NCBI GenBank assembly: GCA_002898235.1 | Contig: BEIL01000004.1 | Coordinates: 499 to 64,498 of the forward strand | Direction: 5' to 3' | Source of the DNA: a bacterium HR35 | Lineage (GTDB): Bacteria > Patescibacteriota > Minisyncoccia > UBA6257 > HR35 | DNA: 64,000 nt | Shown: positions 59,281-64,000 of the stretch, in pieces | Layout of the letters: the number at the start of each line of letters is the position of its first letter | Position numbering within the stretch: the stretch's first letter is position 1 | Translations under genes and position numbers: made by a program | Notes under the pieces: generated by a model | The model's input: the letters and a program-made list of their open reading frames with translations, nothing else | What the model was told of the DNA's origin: nothing | Database searches by the model: none

Positions 59281-59795
59281 TATTTAAAAAATTGAGGAGT
59301 TAATTTTAAGGTTAAACTAAAAGTAAGCAAATTTTCTTTCTCATCATAACGAGGATAACTTTCTTTATCAATAATGAATTTTGGATTTTTCTCTAAATAA
59401 TTTCTAAATTTAAGATAATCATCCCAAGAATGAAAAGCTAAATTTAAGCTAATTGATTTTTCTTTTTTGTCATAAGAAAAACTTTTAACAATTAAAGACT
59501 TAGGCATAGCTGAATTAAATTTTTCAATAAGAGTATTAAGGGAAATTCGATTTTCGGCTAAATAGGCTGAATTAGCGTACTGAGAAAAAATAAAATAAGC
59601 TTCATTATTTTTTATATTATTAAGAACTTCATTTTCTTTCTTTTCAATTTCTGTTTTTTTATCTTGAATTAGCTGAGCTTGTTTTTGATTATAAAAATCT
59701 AAACCATAATAAAAAAGAAGTTCAATAGCTAAAATAATAATAAAAGGCAAATAAAGATTAAGGGGTAAAACTTCAGAAATTTTAAACCTTTCCAT
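59280..59795 (-). CDS. PilN-like protein
   Basis: TM plus coiled coil; follows pilM. Confidence 0.65.
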   Translation of the reverse strand: MERFKISEVLPLNLYLPFIIILAIELLFYYGLDFYNQKQAQLIQDKKTEIEKKENEVLNNIKNNEAYFIFSQYANSAYLAENRISLNTLIEKFNSAMPKSLIVKSFSYDKKEKSISLNLAFHSWDDYLKFRNYLEKNPKFIIDKESYPRYDEKENLLTFSLTLKLTPQFFK

Positions 59796-59806
59796 TTAAA
59801 AAAATT

Positions 59807-60850
59807 TTAAAACATTATTTTTCGAAAAACAATTCCCAAAGCTTGGGTAAAGAGAGTTGATTTTTCTTTAAGGGCAATAAATTTTTCACCTTTGACAAAT
59901 GAAGAAATATCTAAAATTTCAAACGGATAGCGATTAAATCTTTGAGCAAATTTTTCTTTAAAACCAGCCAAAACTACTAAACCGCCAGTTAAATAAATTT
60001 TTTCCGGTTTAATTAAAAGTTTATCTTCAGTTTTTAAAATTTCGCTTTCAATTGTTCGGGTAACATTATCTAAATAAGAATCACTAAAATTCTTGAGTTC
60101 TCTTTCTTCAGGATTGAAATTAAATCCTCTTCTTTGAACAAATTCAACTGTTTTTTCTTCTGTAAATTTAGTAAAACTCATTATTGAATCTAAATAATCA
60201 TATCCTCGAATTGAAATTTTTGTGGCATAAATTACTTTACCATTTTTAATGACAAATAAATTAGAATAAGAATGGCCTAAATCAAAAGCAAAATAAGTTC
60301 CTTTATTTAAAACAAAAAATGGTTCTAAATTAAAAAATTCGGCTCCATAACCTTTAACTCGAAGCTTAGCTAAGTGGGCGATATTTTCTATCTTTTGAAA
60401 ATAAGTTTTAGGAACAGCGGTTAAAAAAACTAACCAATTTTTTTGACCATCTTTTTCGAAATCAAGATAACGAAATTCAATCTCTACTTCTTCTAAAGCT
60501 AAAGGAATCTGTTTTTGCGATTCAAATTTAACTACTTGAGGTAAGCTTCTTTCCGGAATATTGGGAACAAAAAAACTTGCTGGCAAAAGATAAGGAGTAG
60601 GCAAACTAAAAATTGCTTCATTGGATTTAATTTTGAAACTTTCTAAAAATTCCTTTAAAACTGAAGCTAAAGATTCCTCTAAAACTTTAGAAACAGAATA
60701 AACTTCTTTAAAATTTATAATAGGAATCATTCCAAAATTAACCACTTCTAGACTGCCGCTTTTTTCAACCACCTCAACAATCTTAATGCTAAAAGAGCCA
60801 AGATCAATGCCTAAATATCTTTTTTCTCCTAATAAAATGTTTAAAACCAT
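59807..60850 (-). CDS. pilM: Type IV pilus assembly protein PilM
   Basis: GIDLGSFSIK, QIP, DLGHS and YLTGG motifs. Confidence 0.9.
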   Translation of the reverse strand: MVLNILLGEKRYLGIDLGSFSIKIVEVVEKSGSLEVVNFGMIPIINFKEVYSVSKVLEESLASVLKEFLESFKIKSNEAIFSLPTPYLLPASFFVPNIPERSLPQVVKFESQKQIPLALEEVEIEFRYLDFEKDGQKNWLVFLTAVPKTYFQKIENIAHLAKLRVKGYGAEFFNLEPFFVLNKGTYFAFDLGHSYSNLFVIKNGKVIYATKISIRGYDYLDSIMSFTKFTEEKTVEFVQRRGFNFNPEERELKNFSDSYLDNVTRTIESEILKTEDKLLIKPEKIYLTGGLVVLAGFKEKFAQRFNRYPFEILDISSFVKGEKFIALKEKSTLFTQALGIVFRKIMF

Positions 60851-61520
60851 TCTTAATAAATTATACACTTTCTTTTTAGATATTTTTAGTCCTAAATATT
60901 GCCTTTTATGTTTAAAGTGGTCTCCTAATTATTTTTGTCAAGTTTGTTTAAAAAAAATAAATTTTGAGCCTCAAATTACTTGCCTTTTTTGTGAAAAAAA
61001 ATTAAGTTTTGATTCAGTTTGTAAACAACATTCTCGACCAATCAGAAAATTAATTAGTTTTGGTATTTATGAAGAGAGTTCCCTCAAAGAAAAAATAATT
61101 TTAGCTAAAAATAATGGTTATCGAGAAGTTTTTTATGATTTAGGTAAAGAAATAGGAGAAAAAATTAAAAATTTTAATTGGCAGGGGTTCCAATTAGCTT
61201 TTATTCCTTTAACTAGAAAAAAATATTTTTTAAGAGGCTTTAATCAAGCGGAAGCTTTAGCTCAAGGAATTCAAGAGATTTTGAGACTTCCAATCTTTGA
61301 TGGAATTATTAAAATAAAAGAAACAAAAGATCAAGCAGAGCTTAACTTTGAAGAAAGAAAAACTAATTTAAAAGCTGCTTTTAAATTAAACAAAAAACCA
61401 GGAGAAAAAATTTTATTAATCGATGATATTAAAACAACTGGAACTACTTTAGCTGAAGTAGCTCAAATTTTAAAAAAAGAAGGAACTAAAGAAATAATTG
61501 CTTTAACAATTTTAAGATGA
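60837..61520 (+). CDS. comF: Competence protein ComF (phosphoribosyltransferase-like)
   Basis: CxxC pairs, RGFNQA and LIDDIKTTGTT motifs. Confidence 0.92.
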   Translation: MFKTILNKLYTFFLDIFSPKYCLLCLKWSPNYFCQVCLKKINFEPQITCLFCEKKLSFDSVCKQHSRPIRKLISFGIYEESSLKEKIILAKNNGYREVFYDLGKEIGEKIKNFNWQGFQLAFIPLTRKKYFLRGFNQAEALAQGIQEILRLPIFDGIIKIKETKDQAELNFEERKTNLKAAFKLNKKPGEKILLIDDIKTTGTTLAEVAQILKKEGTKEIIALTILR

Positions 61521-62197
61521 AAAGAAAAATTTTTCTTTACAACCAATATTTAACTGAAAAATTAGAAATTTCCGATGAAAAAATAATTCATCGACTAAAA
61601 AATGTCTTAAGATTAAAACCAGGAGAAAAAATTTATTTTCTAAATAATTTTGAAGAAGAAGCTGAATATGAAGTTTTAGATAATAAAAAATGGATTTTTA
61701 AAAGAATTGATTATCATCTGCGAACTTTAAAGCCAAAACGCCAAATCAATCTTCTTATTTCTTTAATTAGAAAAGAAAAATTTGAATTAATTTTAGAAAA
61801 AGGAACAGAATTAGGAGTTTATTCTTTTCAACCAATTATTACTCAAAGAAGCAGTTTAAAAATAAAAGAGATTCCTGAAAGATGGTTAAGAATAATCGGC
61901 GAATCTTTGGAGGTAACTAATTGGCAACAAACACCAGAAATAAAAGAAATTAAAACTTTAAAAGAAGTTTTGGATGAAGATTTGGAAAACTTTTATATTG
62001 CCCATAAAAAAGGAGAAAAAATAGATTTAAATAAGCTTCCTCAAAAAATTAATCTTTTAATTGGTCCAGAAGGAGGTTTTAGCGAGGAAGAAGAAAAAAT
62101 CTTAAAAGAAAAAGGAAGGTTTATTTCTTTAGGTGAAATAGATTTTCGAACAGAAACAGCTGTTTTAATTTTTCTTTCTTTGCTTAATTTCTCTTAA
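61517..62197 (+). CDS. rsmE: 16S rRNA m3U1498 methyltransferase
   Basis: VLRL, KGTELG, IGPEGGF and RTETA motifs. Confidence 0.93.
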   Translation: MKRKIFLYNQYLTEKLEISDEKIIHRLKNVLRLKPGEKIYFLNNFEEEAEYEVLDNKKWIFKRIDYHLRTLKPKRQINLLISLIRKEKFELILEKGTELGVYSFQPIITQRSSLKIKEIPERWLRIIGESLEVTNWQQTPEIKEIKTLKEVLDEDLENFYIAHKKGEKIDLNKLPQKINLLIGPEGGFSEEEEKILKEKGRFISLGEIDFRTETAVLIFLSLLNFS

Positions 62198-62206
62198 AAT
62201 AAAAAT

Positions 62207-64000
<1,794 letters not shown>

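Overview
AT-rich bacterial chromosome segment. Gene content (short IF2 and ValS, pilM-N-O-B-T-C-D next to comF, PGI/PMI) points by inference to a Patescibacteria/CPR (Parcubacteria-like) genome using the standard code. The left end carries a type V CRISPR-Cas locus on the minus strand: an 818-aa RuvC effector whose C-terminal half resembles CasX/Cas12e but which is markedly shorter, then a promoter-driven, highly structured ~150-nt intergenic RNA candidate (tracr/scout-like), cas4, cas1 and a cas2 that runs off the window edge. No CRISPR array is inside the window. About 5-20 kb holds a copper/metal homeostasis region: csoR and copB with near-identical promoter/operators, copG, several uncharacterised Cys/His/Met-rich membrane proteins and an unannotated 37-aa metallothionein-like peptide. 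It is interrupted by a relBE-type pair, a GC-rich palindromic insertion, a 129-bp tandem repeat and a direct-repeat-flanked ~3.7-kb islet. The rest is mostly housekeeping: ppsA with a LAGLIDADG intein, eno, cysS, valS, hisS, gatA/gatC, infB, type IV pilus/competence genes and a partial ligA. A family of four-copy, ~10-bp-phased short repeats sits in-frame in several conserved genes, and several genes look leaderless. Family assignments come from motif recognition, not database searches.
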